Of a DNA stretch of 64,000 bases, positions 9,493 to 19,790 are shown one piece after another. Below the pieces are notes generated by a model, which saw nothing but the letters and a program-made list of their open reading frames with translations, was not told the origin of the DNA and made no database searches. This DNA is from an uncultured Candidatus Saccharibacteria bacterium. GTDB taxonomy: Bacteria > Patescibacteriota > Minisyncoccia > Phycocordibacterales > UBA9973. The translations under genes and the position numbers were made by a program. The stretch lies in assembly GCA_964606285.1 (NCBI GenBank), contig CAZSFP010000003.1:84967-148966 (forward strand), given 5' to 3'. Position 1 is the first letter of the stretch. Each line of letters opens with the position of its first letter.

Positions 9493-10464
9493 TTATTTCG
9501 CCCATGAATTGTCTGAGCCGGGATTTTTTGCACCACGGACCTCAAAATGGAGATGGTTGCCGGTTGATCGTCCTGTTGAACCGACATACCCAATAATCTC
9601 TCCTTGTCTCACTGTTGATCCAGTAGTCGTTGCGACAGTGTTCATGTGTGCATAGAGTGTTTGGACGCCACCTGTGTGTGCAACAACGACATGTTTTCCA
9701 TAGCCGCCGCCATAGCCGCTCGCGACTACCTTGATAACTGTCCCATCAGCCGATGCCATAATCGGTGTTCCTTTTGGGGCAGCAATATCGATACCGTTGT
9801 ATCCATGAAGGTTTTGAGATTGCCGACCGCCGATGATTGGACGAATAAAGAATCCAGAAAGTGCCGGGCCCTTTGTTCCGAACAATCGTTCTTTCTTTGT
9901 TTTTACTGGTGCTTTTATTATTTTTGTTTCTTTTGGGGTGTTTATTTCAGCGCCGCGGATGATAATCGTTTCTCCTGCAATAAGCTCATTGTTTCCAGAA
10001 ATACCGTTAAAGAAGAGAATATCACCAACATTACTGTTCCATTGCTTCGCGATACCTTCAATAGTATCGCCCTTTTTGACGACATATGACACTCCACTCA
10101 TTGGAAGGATAACCAGTGTTGTTCCGGGTGTGAGCTTCGTGTCTTTTTTTAGGTCATTTGCCGAAAGAATAGTGTTAATCGAAATATTGAAAAGTGCAGC
10201 GACGCTCGCTGGTGTGTCTCCTGCTTTTACTACATAGAGACTGATGGTTTCGGTGCCGTCTTCAGATCCAAAATCAAAGCCACTATCGGCGGTGAGTGTA
10301 TTGTTTTCAATGATGACATCATCAAGTATGTCATCATCCGATTGGTTTCCTGATGCAGATAAAAGATCAATCGTTTGAGTGTTGACGATGTTTTCAGTAG
10401 TTTGGGCACTTGCTTGTTCGAACAATGAAAAACCGTGGACAGAAGATGGCATGAGCACCATCAA
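9493..10464 (-). CDS. LysM-LysM-M23 peptidoglycan endopeptidase (start uncertain)
   Basis: Two LysM domains (YVVKAGDT, YVVKKGDT); M23 motifs NGIDIAA, YAHM, GYVGSTGRSTGNHLHFEV. Confidence 0.93.
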   Translation of the reverse strand: MMVLMPSSVHGFSLFEQASAQTTENIVNTQTIDLLSASGNQSDDDILDDVIIENNTLTADSGFDFGSEDGTETISLYVVKAGDTPASVAALFNISINTILSANDLKKDTKLTPGTTLVILPMSGVSYVVKKGDTIEGIAKQWNSNVGDILFFNGISGNNELIAGETIIIRGAEINTPKETKIIKAPVKTKKERLFGTKGPALSGFFIRPIIGGRQSQNLHGYNGIDIAAPKGTPIMASADGTVIKVVASGYGGGYGKHVVVAHTGGVQTLYAHMNTVATTTGSTVRQGEIIGYVGSTGRSTGNHLHFEVRGAKNPGSDNSWAK

Positions 10465-10573
10465 TCCAATGAAAAAGCGAACAACCGTACTCGTATGTAA
10501 CTGACGGAAAAACGGGGGGATTGTGCCGTCAGTATTGTGGGATAAGGGTAAAATACAATATATAGTGCGTTTT

Positions 10574-10723
10574 TGGCTGGAAAATCGTGTGTTCGTCCTG
10601 ATGCCGATGACCTCGGCGCCACAAAACGGCTGTTACGGTCAAACTGTCATGTCGGTCGTTCTGAAAGATGGGAAAGTCCCATACCTTTACAAGGGTATCG
10701 GGTCAGAGTCAGGTCGTCAACCA
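10574..10723 (-). promoter_or_regulatory. Candidate structured 5' leader RNA of the LysM/M23 gene
   Basis: Minus-strand promoter TTGCCA(10761)-17-TACCGT; nested pairings TGGTTG/CAGCCA, CCTGA/TCAGG, TCTGA/TCAGA, ATACC/GGTAT, ATGAC/GTCAT. Confidence 0.45.
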
Positions 10724-10855
10724 TCATTTTTTACGGTAAAACACATTTTAGGATATGGCAAATACATTGACTTTTATAAAAAAATACTATATAATATTTT
10801 ATTATCACCATTTACACCTTTTAATACAAGGCAAAAGAGGTACAATAATCTTTAT

Positions 10856-11818
10856 ATGGTTAAAACACTAACGAGTTTTGAGGAATTGGGCAACAGTATA
10901 GGAGGCATTGGCAACGGAAATGGTCTTGAAAACCCACAGATTGGTGGTGGAGGAAGTGGAAAAAAGTCCGCAAAAGAGAATATAGTTGCCAATCAGGAAA
11001 GTTTCCGGATAAAGAGAGCAAAGGAGATATGGGGCAAAATGAATCCAAAAGATAAACAAAAAATCTCTGCACAATTTGCCATGCTTTCTGGATCTGCAAA
11101 AAAAGAAGCAATCTATAATTGGATCGGAAATCAGATGGATGAAGCGGGGAGCTCTTTTTCTCATGAAAAAAGAGTACATCAGTCAGTAAATGATCTAATC
11201 GTTGAATTGGATGAAAAAACTCCAACACCGCGTTCGGCTGCTCTCAGAAAGTTGGGATACAGCCGTGCTGATCTCGAACCAAAAGAATATACAGCAGAGG
11301 TCATTGATCAGATTGTTGCCATGAAGATCAAAAAAGGCGATCCTATCCCGCTTCTTGAGGAAATAAAGAAAAAAAATGAGGAAAAAGAAAAGAGAAAACT
11401 TGAACCAAAACAAGAAAATAACCGAGTTAAAGAACTCAAAAATCTGGGATATACTCCTGAAAACAGTGAAGATATTTCAGAAGCTGATTTGAATTGGGCA
11501 CTCGCAACAGGTACGCCGTACGGAGTCTCTCTTCCATATCGGGTTTCCAATGCTCCTGCTGAGATTGCGGCAAAGATAGGAACCCGGGAACAGAATTTGA
11601 GAGAAAGTCGAGAGCTTTTTGAAAAAATGAAAACATTTGATGGTAGTCTCGAAGAAGCAAAAAAACTTATTGATGAACAATATGCTCTCTATCTTGAAAT
11701 CGAAGAACTTAACAAAGATATACATGATTGGAAAGTAGGCAAACAAAAGACACGGTATGAGAAGACCCACAAAGTCGCCGAACCACCAATAAATTTACCA
11801 GCAGAAGAACAAAAATAA
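10856..11818 (+). CDS. Hypothetical protein with two L..LGY helical repeats (320 aa)
   Basis: Start moved to ATG 10856 after TACAAT; LRKLGYSRADL and LKNLGYTPEN repeats are shared with the next gene. Confidence 0.75.
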   Translation: MVKTLTSFEELGNSIGGIGNGNGLENPQIGGGGSGKKSAKENIVANQESFRIKRAKEIWGKMNPKDKQKISAQFAMLSGSAKKEAIYNWIGNQMDEAGSSFSHEKRVHQSVNDLIVELDEKTPTPRSAALRKLGYSRADLEPKEYTAEVIDQIVAMKIKKGDPIPLLEEIKKKNEEKEKRKLEPKQENNRVKELKNLGYTPENSEDISEADLNWALATGTPYGVSLPYRVSNAPAEIAAKIGTREQNLRESRELFEKMKTFDGSLEEAKKLIDEQYALYLEIEELNKDIHDWKVGKQKTRYEKTHKVAEPPINLPAEEQK

Positions 11819-11822
11819 TTTT

Positions 11823-14800
11823 ATGCCAAAAGAACAACCACCAAAAGCACCAAAAGTTAGCGATATGGAAAAAGCAGAACTCGAACAGGAGCTGAAAACC
11901 ATTGAGAAAGCTATAAAATTTGCAAAGACCCGTGAAATTCTTGAGAAATGTTTGATTAAAGCAAAAGGGAAATCTTTTGAATCACAGGTCAAGAAGGCAG
12001 TTGCTGTGCAGTATGATGCACTGGTGGCAAGACTGAATATCAAAGACAATAAAAAAGACATCAAGAAATTCAAGGAATCGTATGGTGTTGATGAAAAATC
12101 TCTCGCGGCTCTTTCAGATGAACCAATAACACCATCTGCCTCTCCAGAACCAGTGGCAATTGTTGCTGCTACTGTGGAAAATAAATCTCCTGAACAAAAA
12201 ATTGCAGACGAATTAGCAGAGCGCGGTTTTTCAAAAAAATCTCTTGGTCCGATTGTCAAAAAGTATGGACCAGGTACTGAGAAGAAATTGCACGCATCGG
12301 GCAAGACGTACGAAGAATACAAAAACTTAAAACCCGCAGAAAAGAAAGAAATTTTTGAAACAGTTGCTGGATCTTCTGATCCCAAAGAAAAAAATGTCCC
12401 GATTGTTGACCCTGAGTTAAAAAATACCGACGTTGAAATACAAAAGCTCGTACTACGGTATCATTATTTAAATGACATGCTGTTCGGTAAAGACAGTACA
12501 AACCTTTCTCCTGTCGTAAAAGCGGCACTGCAAAAAGAATGGGATGAATTTAATTTTGCGCACACTGACATCGTAAAAGCTGAAAATGCACGGTATGGCG
12601 TATCTCCAGATGGATTCCGTATGAATAGTGAAAAGAACTGGCAGGAACTCAAAGAACTTGGGTATACCGCACAAGATGCGATCAAGTGGACAAAATACGA
12701 ATATGAGACAATTTTAAATAACAAAATCAAAAAAGGTGAACCTATTCCTGTACCAGTTGCTCCAAAAGTAAAAGCAGTAGAGCCGGCAGGAAAAATCTTG
12801 TCACCTGAACAAGCAAAGGCGCAGCTCGATCTCAAAGATCGTGGTTTTCCATATGAATATGTCAAAAGTCTCCCAGAGGACAGTCAAAAGAATCTCGCGG
12901 CGTCTAATTTTGTATATCAAACATTTCAAAAACTCAGTCCTAGTGAACAATCTGAGGTATTTCGTGGTGAAAAGAAATTTGAAACGATAAGTACTGCAGA
13001 GGCACTTGCGAATATCAATAAAAACTACGAAGTCACTGATGGTGATTTGGATAGAATATTGTCTAATCTTGATTATGACAATAAAACCTTGAAGGGTATG
13101 AATAGGGAAGAAAAAATGAGTGCCGCAGAAGCAATTCTTGAAGGTGGATTGACCATGCTTGGATATACCAAAGAAGAAATAGACGCTATGCAGCTTCGTC
13201 GTAAAGCGGTGATTGTGAGAATGGGAACAAAAAAAGAAGAAAAAAAGGTGGTTGTGGAACCAGCGGTTAAAACTCCTGTAGTAGTAGAAAATGTTTCAAC
13301 AGAAAAAGCGCTCAAAGATCTCAAAAAACGTGGTTTTGATCCCAAGAAACTTGCAAAGATGCCCGCTGATAGACTACAAAAACTTCATGCATGGGGCGGT
13401 TCTATAAAAGAATTTGGGCCTATGTCTTCTGATGAGGTCAATGAAAAGATTTTTAATTTGCCGCTTGAAGCTATTGTCTCAGTTGCGGCAGTTCAGCCAA
13501 AAATAGAAAAAACAGAACGGAAAAAATTTACCGAAGAAGGTGACGTTAATTTTGTTACACAAAAATTGTTTGGATACGATGAAGAAAGAATAAAAAGAAT
13601 GCCGCTTGAGCAAAAAAAGAACGATATCAAAATGGTGCTTGAATCAAGTCTTCTCGTTCTCGGGTATACACCAGAAGAAATAGAAAAAATGAGTCTTTTG
13701 GGAAAATTTGTTGTTGTTGAAAATGGTATCAAGAGACTAGAAGATCGTGATTTACAAAAAAAGATTATACGGGAAAAAATTGAAGCATTAGATATTCCTG
13801 TAAAAACTCCCTTGTCTGCCATTATTGATCCTGCAAGTGCGGCAACTATGTCCGAAGCACAAAAACTCGACAATCTTGTCGCTCGCGGATTCAGTCACAG
13901 AAAACTTGCTGAAGACAAGTTTTTCACTTCTGAAAAAATAAATCAATTGTATCTTTGGGGTGGTACATATGATGCATACAAGAAAATGAGTGAAAAAGAA
14001 CAGAATGAAAATATTTTTGGTATACAACAAACACCAGTGAGTCCTGTCAAGCAACCAGATAATCTTCCTGAAAAGAAAATTGATGAAGCACTTCTTGCTC
14101 GTGGATTTGGTAATTGGTATATCGAAAGCATGTCTCCTGAAGACAAAGAAAAAATTCATGCATGGGGTGGCACAAAGGATGTCTATGAAAAAATGTCGCA
14201 AGCTGAGCGCATGGAAAAAGTATTTGGCGAACAAGCATCTCTAGCGCCAACAGGTCCGTCTCTGTCCGCTGCTGACAAAAAGATCTATGATGATCTATTA
14301 GCACTCGGTATTTCTAAAAGAAATCTCGATATGTTATCGCCAGTGGGGTTGAAAGAATTTAAAGAAAGTCTTGATCCTCTGTTTGCCAAAGGGTTTAGTG
14401 CAAAAGATATACAAGATTTGAATAATGAAACATGGATACCAAATGATTTCATGGAAAAACTTGAAGTGTGGGGTGGTACACGCGCTGAATTTTTTGCAAT
14501 GAGCCTCGATGAAAGAAAAGAAAAAGTCTTCGGTATAAAACCACCAGTTACTCCTTCTCCGACACAAAACCCACCAACTCCTGTCCAAGGACCAACAGTG
14601 CCACCAGTTATTCCACCACAAGGTCCGCGACCAAAAACTCCAGCAGAAATATTTGAAATGACATCATATGGTGCATCGTATCTCGATAAGGCGACTGGCA
14701 CAATCTACTTTGTTGAACATGCATCACAACAAAAAGACGGTTCTGTTCTTCTTGAATGCCGACTTTCAAACGGCGGCAAAGGTATGCTTCGCCAAGATAA

Positions 14801-17066
14801 ACTCCTTCATGGACTTGAAATCGGTGCATATGAACGCGTTGATCAGCAAAGATTCCTCGAAGAACAGGTCAATACGACCCGTACTATATATGCGACTGAA
14901 TACAAGGACAATCTCAACAGTAGTTGGTGGAAAAAAGGAGTTGTCCGACCTCTTGCGGGTCTTGGAGAATCGCTCGGTCTTTGGCGTCGTGATAACAAAG
15001 CGTTCTTGAGCAAAGAAGGCGAGAGTGCAAAAGAACGATATGATGCAGCAAAGCAAGAGCTTGCAAAATTTGCCGACAAACGTGTAAAAGAAAAAATCGT
15101 TGATCCTGCGCGAATCAAAAGAATTGAAGATGGTTTGAAACGTCGTGCGGCCGCGAAAGGTGAGAAGATCACTGACGAAGAATTGGCACAAGAAGTGAAC
15201 GCAATCCTTGCTCGGTATCGCCGCACGATTCTCGGTCACGGTATTGCGATCGCAGAAACACGAAAGGTCCACGAGACACAAAAGGGACTCTTCCGTTCAA
15301 CAACAGCTGAAACTATTGGCAAAGCAGTCAAATGGTATGGCGGACTTTCAAAGGCATCAAAATTCGGTATTCGTGCCGGCGTGTACACCCTTGCTGGAAT
15401 TTCCGGTATGGGAGCGGCAGCAGCGCTCGGATATGGTATTTATCGTGGTGCAAAAAGCGTAGCCATGTCTGGTCTTATTGCACAAGGGACACATCTTTAT
15501 CGCGCGACGATCGACAAAGCACTTGTTGGTCTATCAGATTCTTCGATCGCAAAAAAGAAACAAACACTTCAGAATTCTATAGAAAAAGGACAGATCAATA
15601 TTCTCGATTATGAGAAACAGATGTCGAACCTTGGTCTCAAGAAAAACAAACATGATGCAATGCGCCGAACAGCTCAAGTCGGTGTGGCATTCGCACTCGG
15701 CTGGGAATCATATAAAGTCCTCGATCAGATAGAAAATACTGATTGGACAACACCACCAACGCCTATTCCAGATGACACAGAAACTGTTCCACCTGCTCCT
15801 CTTCCTGAGCCACACCCATTTCATCTCGATCGTCCAACTGTTGAATTCTCAAGCAAGGGAGCAATTCGAACATTCCTCGAACTCAAAGAGAATTTGAAAG
15901 ATCAACTCGAAGACCAACACATCGCCCTCAATGATCCAAACTTGCCACCAAGTGTCAAAGAGATTTTGAACGGTGATCCGACAGAACTTGCGATCAAATA
16001 CGATTATTACAATCCAGCTGATACGAATGAAAGCGCACTCCTTACACTTCACGGCAAACTTGGTTTTGACGAAAACATGAACCTCGTGCATATGGAACCA
16101 AACGGCGAGAATACAATCCTTGCTGATGGACACACTGGTGCGCTTAAAGAAGATTTTGGTGGCAAATATATCGACAGTGATTATGGTAAGAACATCGAAA
16201 CAAAAATTGGTAGCCCTGAAGAAGAACTCGAAAAGATGAAACTTGAAGCTGAATCAGAAGGCGTTCCTATCAATACGAGTCCTGAAGAAGAACTCAAGAC
16301 ACTGACTGCTGACAAGCTCACTCCGGATGAAATCCTTGCAAAATCAATGGGGGTTGATCATGTTGATACTGTTGAGTTTGACGGCACTCACGCCAACGGT
16401 TCATTTATATTCAAGTATGATGCGGACAACAATATCACTGGAGGTGGTTTTGAAGGTGACTTCAAGCCGATGGATCTCACCACTTCTCCATATCTTCGTT
16501 CTGGTTGGCAGGAAATAGTCAAAGGTAACACCGAGCTTCCGTTTGGTGAAGCTGAAGAGAAGCTCAAAGAATCACTCAGTATACATGCGACACTCGAAGA
16601 CGCGCGTGCAAATCTTCCAAAAACACCCGATTATGATGATGAGCGTCACTACCTCGACGAACAGATAAAGAAAATTGATGAATCTATTAAAAAGGATTTT
16701 GGACCGATCATCAAAACAGATCTCTCTCAAGCACAGTATGAACAAGTAGCACGAGCACACGGAAGAACATTTATAACCGCTGATGCAGAAAATATATTTG
16801 GCAACAAAATGAAACAATGGGATGAACTCGCTCGCATGCCTGCAAATGTAGCAATGGAAAAAATATACGATGGAGACACTGATCTATACGACAGTTTCTC
16901 TGGCAAGCAAGTCGCATTTATCGAACAAGTTGCCCGACCTTTGATTCTCGAAGGAAATACACCACCACTTGGCTCTGAAGATTTTGCGACATACCTCGCA
17001 CGTCTCGAAGGACGGTCTGCTGAAGTCGCAAAAGTGATGGCTGATCAATATAATCTAAGAGCATAA
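11823..17066 (+). CDS. Giant repeat-containing protein (1747 aa) with an internal hydrophobic segment
   Basis: Uninterrupted ORF; repeated L..RGF...WGG...MS..E..E.(I/V)F and L..LGY..EEI..M units; Pro-rich linkers; Gly/Ala hydrophobic stretch near 15363-15490. Confidence 0.85.
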   Translation: MPKEQPPKAPKVSDMEKAELEQELKTIEKAIKFAKTREILEKCLIKAKGKSFESQVKKAVAVQYDALVARLNIKDNKKDIKKFKESYGVDEKSLAALSDEPITPSASPEPVAIVAATVENKSPEQKIADELAERGFSKKSLGPIVKKYGPGTEKKLHASGKTYEEYKNLKPAEKKEIFETVAGSSDPKEKNVPIVDPELKNTDVEIQKLVLRYHYLNDMLFGKDSTNLSPVVKAALQKEWDEFNFAHTDIVKAENARYGVSPDGFRMNSEKNWQELKELGYTAQDAIKWTKYEYETILNNKIKKGEPIPVPVAPKVKAVEPAGKILSPEQAKAQLDLKDRGFPYEYVKSLPEDSQKNLAASNFVYQTFQKLSPSEQSEVFRGEKKFETISTAEALANINKNYEVTDGDLDRILSNLDYDNKTLKGMNREEKMSAAEAILEGGLTMLGYTKEEIDAMQLRRKAVIVRMGTKKEEKKVVVEPAVKTPVVVENVSTEKALKDLKKRGFDPKKLAKMPADRLQKLHAWGGSIKEFGPMSSDEVNEKIFNLPLEAIVSVAAVQPKIEKTERKKFTEEGDVNFVTQKLFGYDEERIKRMPLEQKKNDIKMVLESSLLVLGYTPEEIEKMSLLGKFVVVENGIKRLEDRDLQKKIIREKIEALDIPVKTPLSAIIDPASAATMSEAQKLDNLVARGFSHRKLAEDKFFTSEKINQLYLWGGTYDAYKKMSEKEQNENIFGIQQTPVSPVKQPDNLPEKKIDEALLARGFGNWYIESMSPEDKEKIHAWGGTKDVYEKMSQAERMEKVFGEQASLAPTGPSLSAADKKIYDDLLALGISKRNLDMLSPVGLKEFKESLDPLFAKGFSAKDIQDLNNETWIPNDFMEKLEVWGGTRAEFFAMSLDERKEKVFGIKPPVTPSPTQNPPTPVQGPTVPPVIPPQGPRPKTPAEIFEMTSYGASYLDKATGTIYFVEHASQQKDGSVLLECRLSNGGKGMLRQDKLLHGLEIGAYERVDQQRFLEEQVNTTRTIYATEYKDNLNSSWWKKGVVRPLAGLGESLGLWRRDNKAFLSKEGESAKERYDAAKQELAKFADKRVKEKIVDPARIKRIEDGLKRRAAAKGEKITDEELAQEVNAILARYRRTILGHGIAIAETRKVHETQKGLFRSTTAETIGKAVKWYGGLSKASKFGIRAGVYTLAGISGMGAAAALGYGIYRGAKSVAMSGLIAQGTHLYRATIDKALVGLSDSSIAKKKQTLQNSIEKGQINILDYEKQMSNLGLKKNKHDAMRRTAQVGVAFALGWESYKVLDQIENTDWTTPPTPIPDDTETVPPAPLPEPHPFHLDRPTVEFSSKGAIRTFLELKENLKDQLEDQHIALNDPNLPPSVKEILNGDPTELAIKYDYYNPADTNESALLTLHGKLGFDENMNLVHMEPNGENTILADGHTGALKEDFGGKYIDSDYGKNIETKIGSPEEELEKMKLEAESEGVPINTSPEEELKTLTADKLTPDEILAKSMGVDHVDTVEFDGTHANGSFIFKYDADNNITGGGFEGDFKPMDLTTSPYLRSGWQEIVKGNTELPFGEAEEKLKESLSIHATLEDARANLPKTPDYDDERHYLDEQIKKIDESIKKDFGPIIKTDLSQAQYEQVARAHGRTFITADAENIFGNKMKQWDELARMPANVAMEKIYDGDTDLYDSFSGKQVAFIEQVARPLILEGNTPPLGSEDFATYLARLEGRSAEVAKVMADQYNLRA

Positions 17067-17069
17067 TTT

Positions 17070-17399
17070 ATGGACACAATACAAAAAGCAATTATAGAAG
17101 CATTGGGACTCGTCGATTTACCTGCTGATGAGCAAGAAGAATTCCTCGAATCGATCGGTGCGGTCATCTACGAAGGAGTGCTCATGCGGGCAACAGAACG
17201 ATTGACGGATACAGAACGTGTTGAACTCGACATACTCGTCGATGACAACGCAAATCCTGAAAAACTTTTTACTTTTCTTGAGTCAAAGATTCGTAATCTC
17301 CCAGAAATTATCAAAGAAGAAGTTGCCAATTATAAAAAAGAAGTTGATCTTGTCACCAGTGCAATGAAGGAGAATGATAAAGAAGAGATAGAAAATTAA
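17070..17399 (+). CDS. Small acidic protein, DUF5663-like
   Basis: LGLVDLPADEQEEFLESIG...RLT...LF.FL...I.NL.EII.EE pattern, as I recall it for this CPR family; 3 nt after the giant gene. Confidence 0.7.
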   Translation: MDTIQKAIIEALGLVDLPADEQEEFLESIGAVIYEGVLMRATERLTDTERVELDILVDDNANPEKLFTFLESKIRNLPEIIKEEVANYKKEVDLVTSAMKENDKEEIEN

Positions 17400-17419
17400 A
17401 GTGGTAATTTAATAAACAT

Positions 17420-17451
17420 AAAACAAAACCCCGAATTCGGGGTTTTGTTTT
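17420..17451. terminator. Perfect 32-bp palindromic terminator
   Basis: AAAACAAAACCCCGAA|TTCGGGGTTTTGTTTT. Confidence 0.8.
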
Positions 17452-17472
17452 GTATAAAATACTTTTTCTTTT

Positions 17473-17596
17473 ATCTGTCCATTTGAACTGTCGCATAATT
17501 TTCTGCTGAAAATTTGCTCCCCGCCCGAACGTACCGTTCGGTACGGGCGGGCTTCTCGGCTCGCCAGCCTACGAAAGACAGTTCAAATGGACAGAT
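17473..17596. mobile_element. MITE-like 124-bp element with perfect 20-bp terminal inverted repeats and internal hairpins
   Basis: ATCTGTCCATTTGAACTGTC (17473-17492) and GACAGTTCAAATGGACAGAT (17577-17596); no clear target-site duplication. Confidence 0.55.
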
Positions 17597-17659
17597 CAGT
17601 GCTCTTTGGATGCAATGCTAAATTCTATTCGTGTCGATTAACTAAGTTTGCTATAATCA

Positions 17660-19603
17660 TTGTCAGTGACTTATCTCAACGGACTCAACGACAGACAAAA
17701 AGAAGCGGTTCTCCATACGGATGGGCCGCTTTTGATCGTTGCTGGTGCCGGTGCGGGGAAGACAAAGACGATTACCAGTCGTATTGCCCACCTCATCCAC
17801 GAAGGAGTACATCCGAGTCAGATTCTCGCGGTGACATTTACGAACAAAGCTGGCAAAGAAATGAAAGATCGCATCCGCACGATGCTTGCGGGTGTCTCAG
17901 GTATGCCATTCGTCTCAACATTTCACGGCCTCGGCGTCTCTATTCTCCGCGAGCATGGTGAGAAGATCGGTATCAAACGGCAGTTCGTTATTCTCGATGA
18001 AAGTGATGCGGTCAATTTGGTCAAGCAATCCATTATCTTTCTCGGACTTGATCCAAAACAACATGAACCCAAAAAATACAAATCTATTATTTCTAAAATG
18101 AAAGGTGACGGCAAGACAGTTGCCGAAATGAAGAAAGATATTTCTTCTTATACGGGCGAGATGGTTGCGCGCATTTGGCAACGATACGAGGAGCTTGCCG
18201 CCAAAGAACATGGACTCGACTTTGATGATCTTCTGACAAAAAGTGTGACACTTCTCCGATTGCCGGATGTGCGCCAGTCATATCACAACCGCTTCACGCA
18301 TGTGCATATAGATGAATATCAGGATACCAATGGTCTCCAATACGAAATGGTGCGATTGCTCGTCGGTCCTGCGAACAATGTCTGTGTCGTGGGGGACAGT
18401 GATCAGACGATCTACAGCTGGCGCGGTGCAAATATCAAAAATATTCTCTCTTTTGAAACCGATTATCCCGGAGCAAAAAAAGTCCTCCTCGAAGAAAATT
18501 ACCGGTCGACGAGTACTATTCTCGCTGCGGCAAATGCTGTCATCGACAAAAACGAACTCCGCCAGGAAAAGACATTGTTTACAAAAAATAGTTCTGGTCA
18601 CCTGATTACACTTGCTGAATGCTACGATGAATCTGCCGAAGCAGATTATGTCGCAGGAGAAGTGCACAAACTATTGCTTGCTGGTGCCGACCCAGAAAAG
18701 ATCGCGATATTGTACCGAGCAAATTTCCAATCTCGTACGTTTGAAGATGCACTGCTTATGGCACAGATTCCATACCAAGTGTTGGGTACAAAATTCTTTG
18801 AACGAAAAGAAGTCAAAGATGTCCTCTGTTATATTCGTGCAGCCCTCAATCCCGTGTCATTTTCAGATATCAAACGTATCATCAATGTTCCGACACGCGG
18901 TCTCGGCAAGACAACCGTCGACAAACTTTTTGCCGCACATGTCGCGGGAACAAAAGCAGAACTGCCTGCACCAACCGAACGAAAAGTTGAACAATTTTAT
19001 GCATTGCTTAGAGACATCAAAACATATGCCGAAACGCATCAACCTTCCGAGCTTGTTCGTTATGTGATTCTCCACAGCGGTCTCGAAAAAGCACTCAAAG
19101 ATGGTAGTGAAGAAGATCGTGAACGACTCGAGAACATTAAAGAATTGGCAACATTGGCAACTAAGTATGACGATGATAGTGGTCTCGGAGAAAAGTCACC
19201 ATTGCTTGGTGTCGAGAAATTACTCGAAGATGCCGCACTCGCGACTGATCAAGATACACTCCTCAAAGATACCAAAGGCATTCGTCTCATGACGGTCCAT
19301 GCATCGAAAGGTTTGGAATTCAAAACCGTATTTATCGTCGGACTTGAACATGATCTCTTTCCGCATGGACGAGGAAATTCTGCCGGCAGGGAAGAAAAAG
19401 AAGAAGAACGTCGACTCTTTTATGTCGCGATTACTCGCGCTGAAGAAAAATTGTATCTGACCCACGCGACCGTTCGCACGATTTTTGGTTCGCGGCAAAT
19501 CCAGGCACCATCAGAATATCTCTACGACATCCCCGAAGAACTTCTCGAACGCACAAGCTTTGGTTCGCGGTATGGAACAACGAGAGTGATACATCTTGAT
19601 TAA
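17660..19603 (+). CDS. pcrA: UvrD/PcrA superfamily I DNA helicase (start may be GTG 17666)
   Basis: AGAGAGKT Walker A, VTFTNKA, IDEYQDTN, VGDSDQTIYSWRGA, LMTVHASKGLEF, EEERRLFYVAITRA. Confidence 0.96.
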   Translation: MSVTYLNGLNDRQKEAVLHTDGPLLIVAGAGAGKTKTITSRIAHLIHEGVHPSQILAVTFTNKAGKEMKDRIRTMLAGVSGMPFVSTFHGLGVSILREHGEKIGIKRQFVILDESDAVNLVKQSIIFLGLDPKQHEPKKYKSIISKMKGDGKTVAEMKKDISSYTGEMVARIWQRYEELAAKEHGLDFDDLLTKSVTLLRLPDVRQSYHNRFTHVHIDEYQDTNGLQYEMVRLLVGPANNVCVVGDSDQTIYSWRGANIKNILSFETDYPGAKKVLLEENYRSTSTILAAANAVIDKNELRQEKTLFTKNSSGHLITLAECYDESAEADYVAGEVHKLLLAGADPEKIAILYRANFQSRTFEDALLMAQIPYQVLGTKFFERKEVKDVLCYIRAALNPVSFSDIKRIINVPTRGLGKTTVDKLFAAHVAGTKAELPAPTERKVEQFYALLRDIKTYAETHQPSELVRYVILHSGLEKALKDGSEEDRERLENIKELATLATKYDDDSGLGEKSPLLGVEKLLEDAALATDQDTLLKDTKGIRLMTVHASKGLEFKTVFIVGLEHDLFPHGRGNSAGREEKEEERRLFYVAITRAEEKLYLTHATVRTIFGSRQIQAPSEYLYDIPEELLERTSFGSRYGTTRVIHLD

Positions 19604-19631
19604 TTAAAAAGTAAAAAATGAATGTGAATTT

Positions 19632-19790
19632 TACTCCCCTCCTTATTGAGGAGGGGGTAGGGGGTGGTGGTTTTTAATTCAAATCACCACCTCGTCCTTC
19701 GAATACGAAGTCCACTCCTCCTCGAAAAGGAGGAGAGAATATACTGCGTCGCATAAAGCTATGCAGGATGAAATTTACTTCGTAAATTCC
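19632..19790. repeat. Cluster of small REP-like palindromic elements
   Basis: CTCCCCTCCT..AGGAGGGGG, GGTGGTG/CACCACC, CTCCTCCT-CGAAA-AGGAGGAG, TCGCATAAAGCTATGC, AATTTAC-TTC-GTAAATT. Confidence 0.65.

Noticed and set aside
10523-10855. N-terminal extensions in the ORF track (10523, 57645, 61264, 62053, 24336, 51531, 52456 and others)
   Set aside because: They run through promoters, terminators or structured leaders; downstream ATGs fit signal peptides, -10 elements or family N-termini better.
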